This document shows, piece by piece, positions 51,311 through 63,821 of a DNA stretch of 64,000 nucleotides. The DNA is taken from NCBI GenBank assembly GCA_029717555.1, contig JAMDHS010000022.1, positions 62,001 to 126,000 on the forward strand. Reading direction: 5' to 3'. This DNA is from Peribolospora baueri. Lineage: Eukaryota. The number at the start of each line of letters is the position of its first letter. Position 1 is the first letter of the stretch. Position numbers and translations under genes: made by a program. The notes below the pieces were generated by a model, which saw nothing but the letters and a program-made list of their open reading frames with translations, did not search any database and was not told the DNA's origin.

Positions 51311-53596
51311 ATGCTCGCCCGGACGACGTGCGTCCTCTCCACCCATGGCGCGCGCACGATCGACCCGAGCCGCCTGCCTCGAACGGCGGCGGCGACGACG
51401 ACGACGACGACGAGAGCGTTGCACTTGACGATCCGTCAGGCTCTCCAGCGTCATCGCTCTCCTTCGTCGGCCTCCTCCGTTCCAGATCCGTCCCTGTCAT
51501 TAGGACTGGGCGCAGAAGAGATCACCATTAGCGGATGGGTTCGCTCCGTGCGCAGACAGAAGCGACGCGCCTTTGTCGAGATCACCGACGGCTCTATCAC
51601 CGCGCCTTTCCAGTCCGTCGTCACACTCGATGGCGGTGATGCGCAAGACTGGACGGGTAGGTGAGCTGCTCTCCTTATCCTTGTTCCAAGGCTGTCAGAT
51701 GCGACAGCCTTACTGCCTGACGGAGAACAGCACTGCAAGGCTTGGCTCACTGTTTTGCCCTATCCCCTTCCTCCCTTCTTGCTCATTTCCCAACCCTTTC
51801 AGTTTGACCTCAGGCTCCTCTGTCTCTCTCACCGGATTCCTCAGGAATAGCCCAGGTAGAGGTCAGGACACGGAGCTGCAGGTCACGCGCATCAAGCTGC
51901 TCGGCGGGTCCGACCCTTCGGTGAGCCGGCGGAGCGCCGTGCAAGGTTAAACCGACCTCGTCTACACGACCCGTTCTGGCTGACCGACCCATGTGTAATT
52001 CCCGCTCCCATTCGCGACAGCGCTACCCTATCCAAAAGAAACGTCTTTCCCCTGAATTCCTCCGCTCTCAAGCTCACCTCCGTCCCCGCACCACCACCGG
52101 CGGCGCCGTGTTGCGGGTGAGAGATGCGCTGATGAGGGGCGTCCACGATTATTTTGAGGTGGGTCAAAGGGGTGATCCGGATCGGGTGTTTCGCGGATCT
52201 CGGCACGGCGGGCAGGTGAGCTGACAACCGATCCCTGCTTTTTTTTGTGGATTACCAGCAACATGACTTCGTTCACGTCCACACGCCCATCCTCACCTCC
52301 AACGACTGCGAAGGCGCTGGCGAAATGTTCCAGGTGTTGCCGCCCCAAGACCCTACCCCGTCCCTGTCTGCCCCTCATCCTTCCCCCTCGTCCTCCTCTA
52401 CACCGGACGGATCTCCTCTTCCACCGCTCCACCCGCCCGCGGATACCTTCTTCACCCCGCAAGCCCGACTCACAGTCTCCTCCCAGCTCCACCTCGAAGC
52501 CGTCTCCGCAAGCCTCGGCAGGGCATACACTCTCAGCCCTTGTTTTCGCGCCGAGCCTTCGCAGACGAATCGGCATCTCGCCGAGTTTTATATGCTCGAG
52601 GCCGAGATGAGCTTTGTAGGATTGGAACGGGAGCGGATAAGCGGACTTCATGGTGGCGATGGTGAGGATGGCGACGGTGGTGGTGTCCGGCGGCTGGAGG
52701 GGCGGGAGGACGGGTTGGAAGAGGTGATGGACGTCGTTGAAGGGTTTCTCAAGCATGCCGTGGGCTCGCTAATAGAGGTGGAAGGGACAACCGCTGCCGC
52801 CGGGAGAACGGCACGCTCGGCGAGAGCACTAGAGGACCTCCGACACCTCTTTGCGGCCGCGGAGGACTCCAAGAGCGAGGCTGAGATCGCTCGTCAAGAG
52901 CGACAGCGAGAGCAAAGAGGAGACCTTGGCGCCGCTTCCACCTCACCCCCGGTAGTCTCTTCCTCCGCCCCTCCTCTCACCCTTCTCGACTCCCTCTACG
53001 CCCACTTCACCCCCACCACCCCGCGCTGGCCCCGCCTAACCTACACCCAAGTTCTGACCCTCCTGCATGCCCACCATGCTCACACTCCTTTTATTACCGC
53101 CCCGCCGACGTGGGGGAAAGGTTTGGCCGCCGAGCACGAGAAGTGGCTCGCAGGAGAGCACGTGGGCGGGCCCGTGTTCGTGACGGACTACCCGAGGGCG
53201 ATCAAGCCATTTTACATGCGCGTCAACGATGCGCGATCGAATGCGGCGCAGGAGGAGGCAGTGACGGTCGCATGCTTTGACCTCCTCGTCCCCCGTCTCG
53301 GCGAGCTCGTGGGCGGCAGCCTCCGCGAGGAGCGTCTTGACGTGCTCCTCTCCTCCCCTCATCTCCCTGAAGCGATCAAGAAGGCACGAGACGACGGCGG
53401 CTCCCAGTCTCCTTCTCCGACTCGCTCCGCCCCGACACCGTCGCTAGACTGGTACCTCGACCTACGCCGCTACGGCACCGTCCCCCACGGAGGCTTCGGC
53501 GTCGGCTGGGAGAGACTCGTCGCCTTCGTCACTGGCGTCGACAACGTACGCGAAGCGACCGCATTTCCCAGGGCCGTGGGCGGTTTGAGATATTAG
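51311..53596 (+). CDS. SLM5: Mitochondrial asparaginyl-tRNA synthetase
   Basis: Presequence, then OB-fold [108 protein letters not shown] and [23 protein letters not shown]. Confidence 0.93.
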
Positions 53597-54099
53597 ATCC
53601 GGCCCGGGGAACGTGGACGGGGACGAACGAAGAAGCGGGGGGGGGAGAGAATGAGTAGACTTACGTTCGTTGCTATGTATGTGTACGCGTGTCATATCGT
53701 CGTTAGAGGAGGGAACGAATGGACGGATGAATATAGCGCGCAGTTCCGTTCTTCGTCGTCTCGGTATGGCAGGTTCGGGAGATCAGCAGCGGACTTTTGG
53801 GTTATCCTGGGAGTCCTGGAGGACAGACTGGCTATGGTTATGGTTGCGGCTTCGACGACGACATAAATGACATGGCCGGTCGATTCTCTCCCTACCTCTC
53901 TCTCCCTTCCTGGTTGGCAAACCTGCTGTTATTCGAGCATCTTCCCTCTCTCTCTCAGTCAACGGGGCCGGTGTTCACTGTGGAGCGACGCCGTGTCGTC
54001 GCAGGGGCGACGGAGGATTGGGTTGGCAGATTGTATCCATGACCGAAAAGCTCGAGTCGAAGGTTGGTTGAAGAGAAGGGCGGGCTGGACGGTGAGGGA

Positions 54100-54135
54100 T
54101 TGTTTGTTTGTTTGTTTGTTTGTTTGTTTGTTTGT
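54100..54135. repeat. (TTTG)n microsatellite
   Basis: About 9 consecutive TTTG units between the convergent SLM5 and MAK3 genes. Confidence 0.9.
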
Positions 54136-54820
54136 TTTTTGGAAACCCGGTCGGTCGCGTCCGTGTTCTTCCTCCCATCTTCGACGATCCTCGCTCTACC
54201 ACCCGCTTCCCTCCCTCCCTTCTCCACCTCTCAAATCGGTCTGAATGGAAAGGGCGCTGACGCAACAGGAATTCACACGAGGTCATTGTCGAGTAAATCT
54301 CTTGTGGCCGCACAAGCACACTTCTCCGCATGAGGGGATGGGTTGACGTACAAAGAGTACATTCGTACCATGTGCGTGTTCTTTTCTCCCCCCCCCCAAC
54401 CGAGCGCAGTTCCTCGTGAACGGCGACGGCGGCGCTGATGAGAGCGATCCGTCCGGAGGTCAGGTATGTACGTACTTGCGTTCCCCTCGAACCACAGCCG
54501 TCGCGGTCGCTCGCTCGAGCGGACGAACAAAATGCACAGGCGATCGAAAGCCCAAATCGTGTTCGGCGGAGGCGTTACCCGGAACACGGGACCGTCGAGG
54601 GCGCGGGAAACAAGCGCATGGATGGATTATCCGAATGGCCCAACTCCCTTCTTCTTCTCCTCCGCATGCCTGCCTACATGCCCTTTTCTATTTCGGAGAT
54701 CGTCGCGCACAGAGAATCGACGATCCCTCCCTCGCTAAACGAGATTGCAAATAGACACGCGAACCCCGTTCGCGAGACATGCCCATCCGATCCGACCTTC
54801 GCTCCGAGCGCCGCGATTCC

Positions 54821-56480
54821 TTACATCACGAGATCATCGGAAATATTCCATCTCTTCTTCTCCATCCCCGTTTGGCCTGTCGAGCCGTCCTCACCTCTGC
54901 CCATCGTCAATGGAGGCCGCGGTGATGGCGGCCGCCCAGGCCGGACGACGAGATGGGGAGGGATGGGGAGGACGAGGCGGTAGGAGTCTTTGCCTTGTAG
55001 TGGTTGAGTGCCGAGAGTGAGGATAGACGGGCGTGCAAGATGAGAGCACGGAGACGACAGAACGAACAAAGTGAACAAAAAAGAAAACTACTCAGACGAA
55101 ATAGATGGAGAAAAGAAGATCGAAACGGAAGAATCCCCAAGAACGACAGGCAGGACGCACCGTTGAGATAGAAGCGATATAGACGCTTCTCTCGGATGAA
55201 GCCCTGGCGCTCGTACAGCGAAAGCGCCGCGGTGTTGTCCACCTCCGTTTCCAGGACGATCTGCCGGTCGGTCGATCGTGCGCGTCCACGCACGCGAGCA
55301 AAGATGAAATGAACGGGAGCGAAGTGACCGGACGAGTGAGTCGGACGAGCGACTCTGCGCTTGTACGATTAGGGTGAGCGCGCGTTCGGACGTACCTCCT
55401 CCGCACCACTGCGTGTCATGGCGTCGATGGCGATCTTGACGAGGGTCGTGGCTAAAAGAACGCATGCCCACGTGCAAGAAGCCAGGCAGGTCATTTCACC
55501 CATGCCTCTCTGCCTCTCGTTCACACAGCTCGCGGTCAAGCAAAGGAGGGAGGCTCCACACATGCGCGCTCACCTACTCCGACGCCCCTCCAGTCCTTCC
55601 TGACGCTCAGCATGGCGATGTAACCCCGCAGGCGCTTCCCATTATGTACGTCCTGCTTGCACACAATCACCCCCACCGGCTGGACTCCTGTCGGGTGTGG
55701 GCTTGTGAGCTCTGCTTCCAAAGGGAGAGGCAATCGGCGGGGTGGCAAGGGAGCCGGACCTGTGGCGAGGGAAGTGGTGGCAGTAGAGGTGGGCAGGTGC
55801 GAGGAGACGGTGTGGGGAGAGGGGGATGACATTGACTCGGAAGGCGGCGTCGACGCCGCTTGTGTGCGTGACAACGGTCGCGCTTGCGCAGAAGCAGCGT
55901 ACGGCGCACACTCGCTTGTGCCCGACCCTCGACTTGAAGATGTTTCTGCCGCCGGTGCCGTTGCTTGGTCGGAGCAAGGGGGCTGTGGGTGTCCCGGATC
56001 TGGGTATGCCTGCAGGGGGACAATAAATGTATGATTGATACAAAAAACAAATGGCTGAGCTGTTTGGCTCCTGCAAGTCATGTACGCGTGTGGTCACTAT
56101 GATAGAGCGACTGGCGGCTAGAAGACTCACGAGAAAGCTCAAGTGCGGCCTTGTGTTTTGCGGACCAGACAGGTTGGATAAGATGGAAACGGGCGGGAAT
56201 GACCAGAAAGATTAGCCTTGACAACTACAACGTTCTCCCACACTCAGACACGTCCTTTCTCTTCTCCTCCATCTCTCGCTTTCCCGGTGACTCACCACTG
56301 GTGCAGGAAATACCGATAGGTATAGACTACGTACGGCTCGCTCAGCTCCGTGTCGATGAGGCCCATGATGGCCGGGAGTTGCTTCTCCGACTCGTAACGG
56401 CGGTAAACAACCTTGCCGCGGTGACCGGAGCAATCAGGGGCCATCGAGGCCCCCCCTTCCTCCGAGCCCCCCTCTGTCAT
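54821..56480 (-). CDS. MAK3: NatC N-terminal acetyltransferase catalytic subunit (Mak3/Naa30)
   Basis: [93 protein letters not shown]. Start is ATG 56480 or 56444. Confidence 0.93.
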
Positions 56481-57517
56481 CGTGTGCCGCCTGGAAGCCT
56501 AGGAAGCGATGAAATGGGCTCACGGTCGGACGAGGCGGTGGTGGTAGTGATGATGTGCTGCCAAGAGAGACCGCTCGCACGTTGGGTCCAAAAAAAAGAT
56601 CTAAACCCGGAACAGAACGTGCTGACGACCTCTCTCGTATAGTGACTACCTATCGCGAAGCTGGCGATATGCTTGTGGACGGGAAATGGGAGCGAGGGAG
56701 GGAAGCAAAGGCGTTTCATCTAATCGGGCGGAGCACGGACCTTCCTACCGCAGTCGAATCGGCCCGGCCGCGTTCGTCCGCCCTCCTTCCTCGTTCTTGT
56801 CCTGATGTCCAAGGGATCCCTGGCCTCGTCGAGCACGCGGTGCAGACGGACTAGCGACAACACCTAGCATGCTATCCTCCTTATCTCTTCCTCCGGCCGG
56901 TGCGCCTCCCTTGTGAGTGGAACAGGATGCCAAGGCGAGTAGGCGTGTGGACGATGGTGACCAGACGATTTCGGTCGCTCGTCACCGCCGTCGTCGTCCG
57001 CAGCGGCGGGCCGGAGAGGAAAAGAAATTCTGGCGGGAGAGCGACGAAGGATCGCTTTTTGTCATTCTACCCGCTCTGTCCTTCCTTCTGCCATCTGTAC
57101 CTTCCCCTCCCGTCGTCCCCATGCTCAACCAAAACAGAAACCGAAACCCGACTCGACTTCGAGGTCGCAAGCGTCGCTACGATCCCAACCCCAGCGTAGC
57201 CCTCCGGCTGGCCGTCTCTCACGTCGCCATGACTCAGCGTTGCCTTGTCTTTGTCTCAGACAGATGCACGCTCTATACCTGGCCAAAGCCGCCAGCCAGA
57301 GGGCGCAGACACAAGACGCCATTCCCTAACTCAGGACGACGGTCAACTCCACCACGACGTCTGCCATCGGTTCGGAGTCGAGACGAGGAGATTGCTCTAC
57401 ATTGGACAAAGCGACATGCAGTTACAGACGGCGCTGAACGTGGGTGTCCCCCTTTTCCTTCCGCCTTTACGTTCGTTCTGCTGATGTGCCAATTATGTTT
57501 GCCTCCCTCTGAACCAG

Positions 57518-57964
57518 GTTGACGCCACTCAGCATGTGGTTCAGCTACCGGGCAAAGGACGGAAGGAGAGGAAGAAGGACACGTTCGACTTGCTTAAGCG
57601 GATAGCGGACCTGGAGCGCAAGGTCGAAGCACAGCAGCAGCGGATCGACGCACAGCAGCAGCAGATAGCGGACTTAAAGCGCAAGGTCGACGCACTGCAG
57701 CAGGAGATAGCGGACCTGAAGCAGCGCGTCGACGATCTTGCGTTGCCTCCTTTCGGGCGAGCTGCTTTGCAAGAGGGCGCTTCCCATCAATCGCGGATTG
57801 TGGTCGCCGGTTCATCAGCCCATCAAGTCCCCAACGTAGCCCCAATCCATCTTGCACTACTCGACCCTTTTCCAAAGCCTTGCCCACACCCTCTCACCTC
57901 TCAAACGCGTCGAGCGAAGAGGAGAGGCGTTCGAGGCAGGCGGACAGGAAGCGCAGCTGGATGA
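57518..57964 (+). CDS. Putative exon of an orphan coiled-coil protein (gene boundaries unresolved)
   Basis: Acceptor AACCAG at ~57517. Heptad repeats IADLERK/VEAQQQR/IDAQQQQ/IADLKRK/VDALQQE/IADLKQR arise from a 21-nt DNA periodicity at 57601-57740. A plausible upstream exon lies at ~57335-57439. Confidence 0.4.
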   Translation, partial: VDATQHVVQLPGKGRKERKKDTFDLLKRIADLERKVEAQQQRIDAQQQQIADLKRKVDALQQEIADLKQRVDDLALPPFGRAALQEGASHQSRIVVAGSSAHQVPNVAPIHLALLDPFPKPCPHPLTSQTRRAKRRGVRGRRTGSAAG

Positions 57965-58596
57965 CCGTGACCGAGCGCAACTTGAGAGCGAGTCAAGGCA
58001 AAAGGAGAATACCACATCGTGGCGCTTGTACGAGGTAGGCAGTCTCGAGACCGGTGGCAGAGGTTGCCGGGCGGAGCGCGATCGAGACACGCTCGTTGAC
58101 CATCCATACTGATTGTTCTCGAGGTCCCTGGGGGCGTAAATTGAAGACGAGAGGGAGGGGGGGAAATGACATGTAGAGTGAGCCACTTTTGTGACGGAAA
58201 TTGGCAATATTTCATGCCGTAAGGCCGCACCAGATACTTGCCTCGCAAACAGGACCTTAATCGTACGCCACGCCACGCCTCGTCTCGAACGGACCCTGCG
58301 AACGATAGCGTGTGCACGCCTCCTCGCTGCTCCGATTCACAAAGGTCCTTCCTTGCCTTACGTACGAAGACGACGCGGAATCGAAATTGCCGGGAGGAGT
58401 GCTGCATGCAAGCTTGGCGTGCATCGTACGAAGGATCATAGACCTTGATCGTTTTACCGATTACATTGATCGTATTATTCTGTCAACCGTTCAAAGAGGA
58501 TGCAAAACTACAGCGGATGGGTCTCGTGTGTACAACTGAGTAGTGGGGGATTTGAAATGAAGAGGCAAGAAGGGAGAAAGGGGAAGGGCCGCGCCC

Positions 58597-58944
58597 TTAC
58601 TTATTGAGACCAAACGTCTCCTTGGCCTTGTCGAGCATGCTCGACGAGTTCTCGTTCTGGTTGCCCGACAACGAGTCCATAGCCTGCTGAGTGTACGACT
58701 TCTGGTCGTCGGGCTGGAGCGTAGAGGCGGCAGAATCGTAGGTGCCAGAGGCTTTGTCCTTCGCCTGTTCACTGAACGACTTCTCGGAATCGGGCTTGAG
58801 GTTGGCTGCGAGTGCGGATATGAAGAGAGAAGAAACGAGGAAAAGTAGGGTCAACAAAAGGGCTCGGCGTCGCGCGAGAGGAGCTTCTACTAGCCACTCA
58901 CACTGGATCCTGTCACCAAATCCCTGGCGTCCAGTGTCAGACAT
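58597..58944 (-). CDS. HSP12: Hsp12/Hsp9 family small stress protein
   Basis: MSDTGRQGFGDRIQS-NLKPDSEKSFSEQAKDKASGTYDSAASTLQPDDQKSYTQQAMD.. with intron 58806-58901. TATATAAA on the minus strand at ~59158-59165. Confidence 0.93.
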   Translation of the reverse strand: MSDTGRQGFGDRIQCEWLVEAPLARRRALLLTLLFLVSSLFISALAANLKPDSEKSFSEQAKDKASGTYDSAASTLQPDDQKSYTQQAMDSLSGNQNENSSSMLDKAKETFGLNK

Positions 58945-59769
58945 GTTGAAAGTGGTTGAGTGTAGCTGATGTGAAGAACAGAAAGAAAGCGAGAATGAAG
59001 GTGTGTCAGGGCTGGAGAGGTACTACACTAAACCTTTAACGTGGAATGCAATGTCCTCCAAAAATACTCACCGGTGGTAGAAGAGCGTGCGAGTGTGGTG
59101 CGAAAACCTGGAGCAGGATAGGGGAAACAAAAAAGAAGAGGGTGTCGTCGGGAAGGCTTTATATACTTTTGCATTCGCTTCTGCCGGTCTCGTCTCGCAC
59201 GAAGCGAGTGACATTGCACATAACGGAAAAGGCAAGAATGGAAAAGGGTGAGAATGGAGGTCTCCTCGTCATGGTGCCTATGGCCGGTCGTCGGCACCTA
59301 TCGGCGATCGGGTCCCTGCTGCGTCGCTACGAGGGAAGGCAAGAGATCATGTCCGAACGCCAGCCGACCGTCCGTCTGCGTCATCGCGACTACTGGAGGA
59401 GAGGAAGAGAAGAGTCCCCCCAGTAAAAAAAAGTCAGCCTCCTCCGTCATCCCCGAGGAGCCCAGGCCCACCCATCTCCTGTATTTGTTTCGCAGAAGTG
59501 CTTGTGATGGAAGTGAGACCCTGCCGGTCCGCCGTCGATCGCTGCGTCCGCTGATCGTCGACGTCACCTAGCATCCATTGCGTCACCGCCAAGCAATTTA
59601 ATCGCACGTGATTCAAGTACATGATGTAAGCACGTGATATACTGCGGCTGGCCATCACTCAAGGACACGCTCGGCTAGTTTATGCAACAAGAGCCGTCAA
59701 GCGAGTCGACCGACCATTCAAAGACGCCACGCGCAAGCGCCGATCCTAAGAGTTCATCGCTACAGCAAC

Positions 59770-61256
59770 ATGTTCCATCCGACGAGGCGAGTTGCGAGAT
59801 GGGAAGATTGGAGCAGACTCGGCTTTGATCATTGACAACTGATTTTTCTCTCGTCCGCTTTGACCAGAGGCGGCACTCGGGGTGGCCGGGGCGAGTTTAC
59901 GTGGGACCAGGTAGCAGCGGACAAGGACCGCGAGAAGTGAGCACGCCAGCCGATCTCCTGTCCTGGGGCTCAAGTGGCATTTAGATCAATTTTGCTTGGA
60001 AAAGGGGGAAACTGGAAAGAATGGCAACTGATACCCTAAACTTATTTGCGTCTTCACGCCACCTACACCTTTGAAGCTACCTTGGCCACAGCATCAACGC
60101 CCCCGTCGGGAGATGGCAGAAGAACAAGGACGTCACCTGGTACAACAAGGACAAGGGCGGCGACGAAAAAGCGGCTCAGGAAGCCCGTGACGAGGAGCTC
60201 AGAAAGATCAAGCAGGCCGAGGAGGATGCGCTTGCTGCGGCGCTGTAAGTAGCTGTGCCGCTTGTCTTTCCTTGTGCGCCTCCTGGATGGGCCATGTTGA
60301 CCTTTTTGGACATCGCTTTGCAATTCAACATGTTTTCCCCTACTCTCCTTCCCAGAGGCTACAAACCCATTTCCCGCCCGCAGCCGACCGACGATGCTTC
60401 GGGTGCGAAAGCTGCGGAAGACGATACGGCAGAGAGCAAGGAGGAGCGCAGGAGGCGCAAAGAGGAACGTAGGAAGGAGAAGGAAGAGCAACGGAGGATC
60501 AAGGAGGAGAGAAGGAGGGAGAGAGACGAGAGGAAGGCGGAGAGGAAGGAACGCCGCGCCAGGGAAGGGAGCAGTTCCCATTCGCACCGCCGCGAGCATG
60601 GACGCGGAGATGACAAGGAAAGGGAAAGGAAACTTTACGGGCGGGGCGAATGGGAGCGGGACGAGGATCGACGGAGAAGCCCTAGGAGAGGTCGTCCCAC
60701 CGACTCCTACGATTACGACTGGCGCTCTCGCTCACGCTCATTCAGCCGCGACTCATACAACGCATCTTCTCGGAGGTACATCAAACATGGCGATCGTTAC
60801 ACACGATCCCGTACCCGCTCTCGCTCTCCGCCGTCGAGTCGACAGACCCGAGACCGTCGTCGGGAGGATGGCAGCCAGACGGACGGGCTTCGCCGATCCC
60901 GTGATCACTATGACCGCCGTAACCGTGACCGTGACCATAACCGCGATCGTGACCTGTGGGATAGAGGCGGACGAGGGTACGTTCGGGACACTCGCGATGC
61001 ACGCGATGCCACCCCACCGTGGAGTGGACGACGAGGCTCGAATGCGGGAAGGTCTCCTCGGTCCAATGGTGACGGATACGCCGCGCGAAGTGCTCAGGGG
61101 GCGACGTTGGTAGAGGAGAACGGGTTAGTCTCCGGCAGCACGCAGACGCCAGCGGAGGGGCAGGGCCAGAGGAAGCATGCGAGGCCAAAGGCATGGGAGC
61201 GGAGCGTCTCGCCCCCAGTTAGGAGGGAAAGGGCGGTCGCGGAGAGGCCCGCCTGA
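59770..61256 (+). CDS. MMtag-domain protein (multiple myeloma tumor-associated protein 2-like) with RS/RD-rich tail
   Basis: Spliced N-terminus [67 protein letters not shown]. The first intron is GC-AG. Confidence 0.88.
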
Positions 61257-61505
61257 TCGCAGACGATTTCCCATTTGGAATCGCGCTGTGATGTAGAATA
61301 GTTGTATGTCGTGTGGAGTGAAGTCTTACATCGGAGGTCTTCTAGAGGTCTCGTCTCCGGCCGCTATCTCCGTCGATCGCCGTGCAATTTACGCGCCGCC
61401 CGTCGAGCGAGACGCGTTTCTCTACACCATCCCTGCTTCAAGCCACAACGACGACGCCTTCGCTTCTTCTTCACGCCTTCCTCTCGTACAACGCTTCGAA
61501 CAGCC

Positions 61506-63821
61506 ATGGCGGTCGCCGTCCAACCAGTCCCGGGAAATCCCTCTATTTCCAAAAAGAGGGAGGCGAGGATGGACGTAGACCTGGAAGACGAGACGGACGA
61601 GGCGCTCGATTTGCTCATGACCAAGGTGGACGAGTCGGTGTGAGTATAAACCCCGAGTTCTCTGTAGGGCGGGTGTCGTCGCTGTGCTGTTGCCTCGTTC
61701 TTTTCTAGATCTAGTGCAACTCGACTGATACGCTTGAGCTTCCCTCCTACGTTCCCTTTTGTCTTCGTCTTCGTCCTGGTACTCGTCCCCTCGCCTCTCC
61801 CTCCTTCTCACGCCTTCTCGCATCTGCTCATGCACAGCTTTGATCGCGCGGACAGCACCTCCCCCATGGTCATGCTTGCGTTCTACAAGAGGCTGTTTCC
61901 CTACAAGCAGATCTTCCAGTGGCTCAACTTGGATCAAGGTGCGCGCGCTCTCAGTCTTGTACAGCACTGTGCCCTTTTGAGAGGATATCGCCTTTAATAC
62001 GTTTGCTATTTAATTTGTCTCATGCGCCCCCGTCTCCATTCCACGGACATTCCCTGTTGTTGTCTGCGGCATGGTTCTTCTATCTCTCATCCCTCATGCA
62101 CAGCCCCTACGCGTAATTGGACTCACCGCGAGTTCGCCTTCACGCTCGCCAACGACGCCTACCTCCGCTACAACAGCTTCGCAGACGTCGAGGCATTCAA
62201 GAAAGAGGTGTGCCGCTTGAACCCGGCTAGGTTCGAGGTCGGACCGGTGTACAGCGCCAAGGTGGGTGCGGCGCGTGAATGACAGGTAGCGAGGTTTTTT
62301 GTAGAGCGCATTCAGTCAGAACCGCTCATTTGCGCTTACATTTGGCCTGCTCTCCAGCCCAAGGACCGAAAAACTCTCCGCAAGCAAGCATTCAAACCAG
62401 TCTGTCGAGAGCTGGTGTTCGACATTGACATGACCGACTACGACGACGTGCGAACGTGCTGCTCTGGCAAGGACCTATGCAAGCGCTGTTGGAAGTACAT
62501 CGCCGTAGCTGTGCAGGTGGTCGATGAGGCTTTGCGGGGTGAGTCGGCATTCATTCGTGGTCACATGTGACGGCTGCAACTTGTAGTGGGCGGCGTTATA
62601 GGAGGACATGTGTCTCATTCCTTGTTCCTTTTCTTCTATCCTGCGTTTCCTTTAGAGGACTTCGGGTTCCGCCAGATTCTCTGGGTCTACTCTGGACGAC
62701 GCGGTATCCACTGCTGGGTATCCGACTCGGCGGCACGCGAGCTGACGGACGACCAGCGCAAGGCGCTCGTGGGCTTCCTCGAGGTCGTTAAGGGCTCGGC
62801 GAATATGACCAAAAAGGTTGACCTGGGCAGGAGCGTTGGCGGTCACAGGAGGTTGCTTCATCCAAGCTTGGAGTGAGTATTCGTCGTCCATCGCCCGTTG
62901 CGAGCTTTATCACCGCTGACGGCGAGGAAATCACGATCAATCTTCTCCGCCCTTGCTAGACGAGCGAAAGAGAGCCTCAAGGAAGCATTCGTCGACATTG
63001 TCATTCAAGATCAAGATTGCTTCCGAGAGAAGGAGCAGTGGGAGAAGCTCTTGCAGCTGTTGCCAGAACGAGGTGGGTGCCTTCTTTCTGTGGCGTCCAG
63101 CTCGACGAAGCGCGGAGCGATAGAGCCGACCACCGCGGCTGACATCTTTGTCCCAAATATCAGAGGTGGTCAACAAGCTTCGACGCAAGTGGGAATCGGC
63201 GCCAGAGATGTCCTCCTGTGCACGATGGGACGACATCCGTAGCGCGGCGGCCAAATTGGACAAGCCGGGTCAGGTACATCCTTCCTCTTTGACATGGAAG
63301 CCATTCGATGCCCTCCACGGCTCACCACGAAATGTTCCTGGACCTTCTCAGAATTCGATGCGCTCGGCGATGGAAGACATAATGCTACAGTACACCTATC
63401 CGCGTATCGACGCCGAGGTGTCGAAGCACCTTAACCACCTCCTCAAGTCTCCCTTCTGCGTCCACCCCGCCACGGGCCGCGTCTGCGTGCCCGTCGACCC
63501 TGCCCAAGTGACTTCCTTTGATCCGACAACCGTGCCCACCGTTGCACAGTTGCTCAGGGAACTCAACGAAGCTGCAGCGACGGACAAGCAAGGACTCGGA
63601 GGCGCCGGGGGCAGGAGCAAGGACGCCGACTGGCAAAAGACGAGTCTCAAGCCTTATGTCGAGTTGCTCGAGAGCCAAGCGCAGGCGCTTCTGCGCGAGA
63701 CCAGAGAGCTGCGAAGGGGTGAGCTGCGTCCGGTCACCTTCGAGTATGAAGCAACAGCAGCTAACTGGTCTCACCTTTCGTTCGATACGCAGCTGCTGAA
63801 GCTCAATCAATGGAGTTCTAA
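61506..63821 (+). CDS. PRI1: DNA primase small (catalytic) subunit
   Basis: FYKRLFPY, HREFAFTLANDAYLRYNSF, PARFEVGPVY, RELVFDIDMTDYDDVRTCC, ILWVYSGRRGIHCWV, YPRIDAEVSKHLNHLLKSPFCVHPATGRVCVP; last exon AAEAQSMEF* with stop at 63819-63821. Confidence 0.96.
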
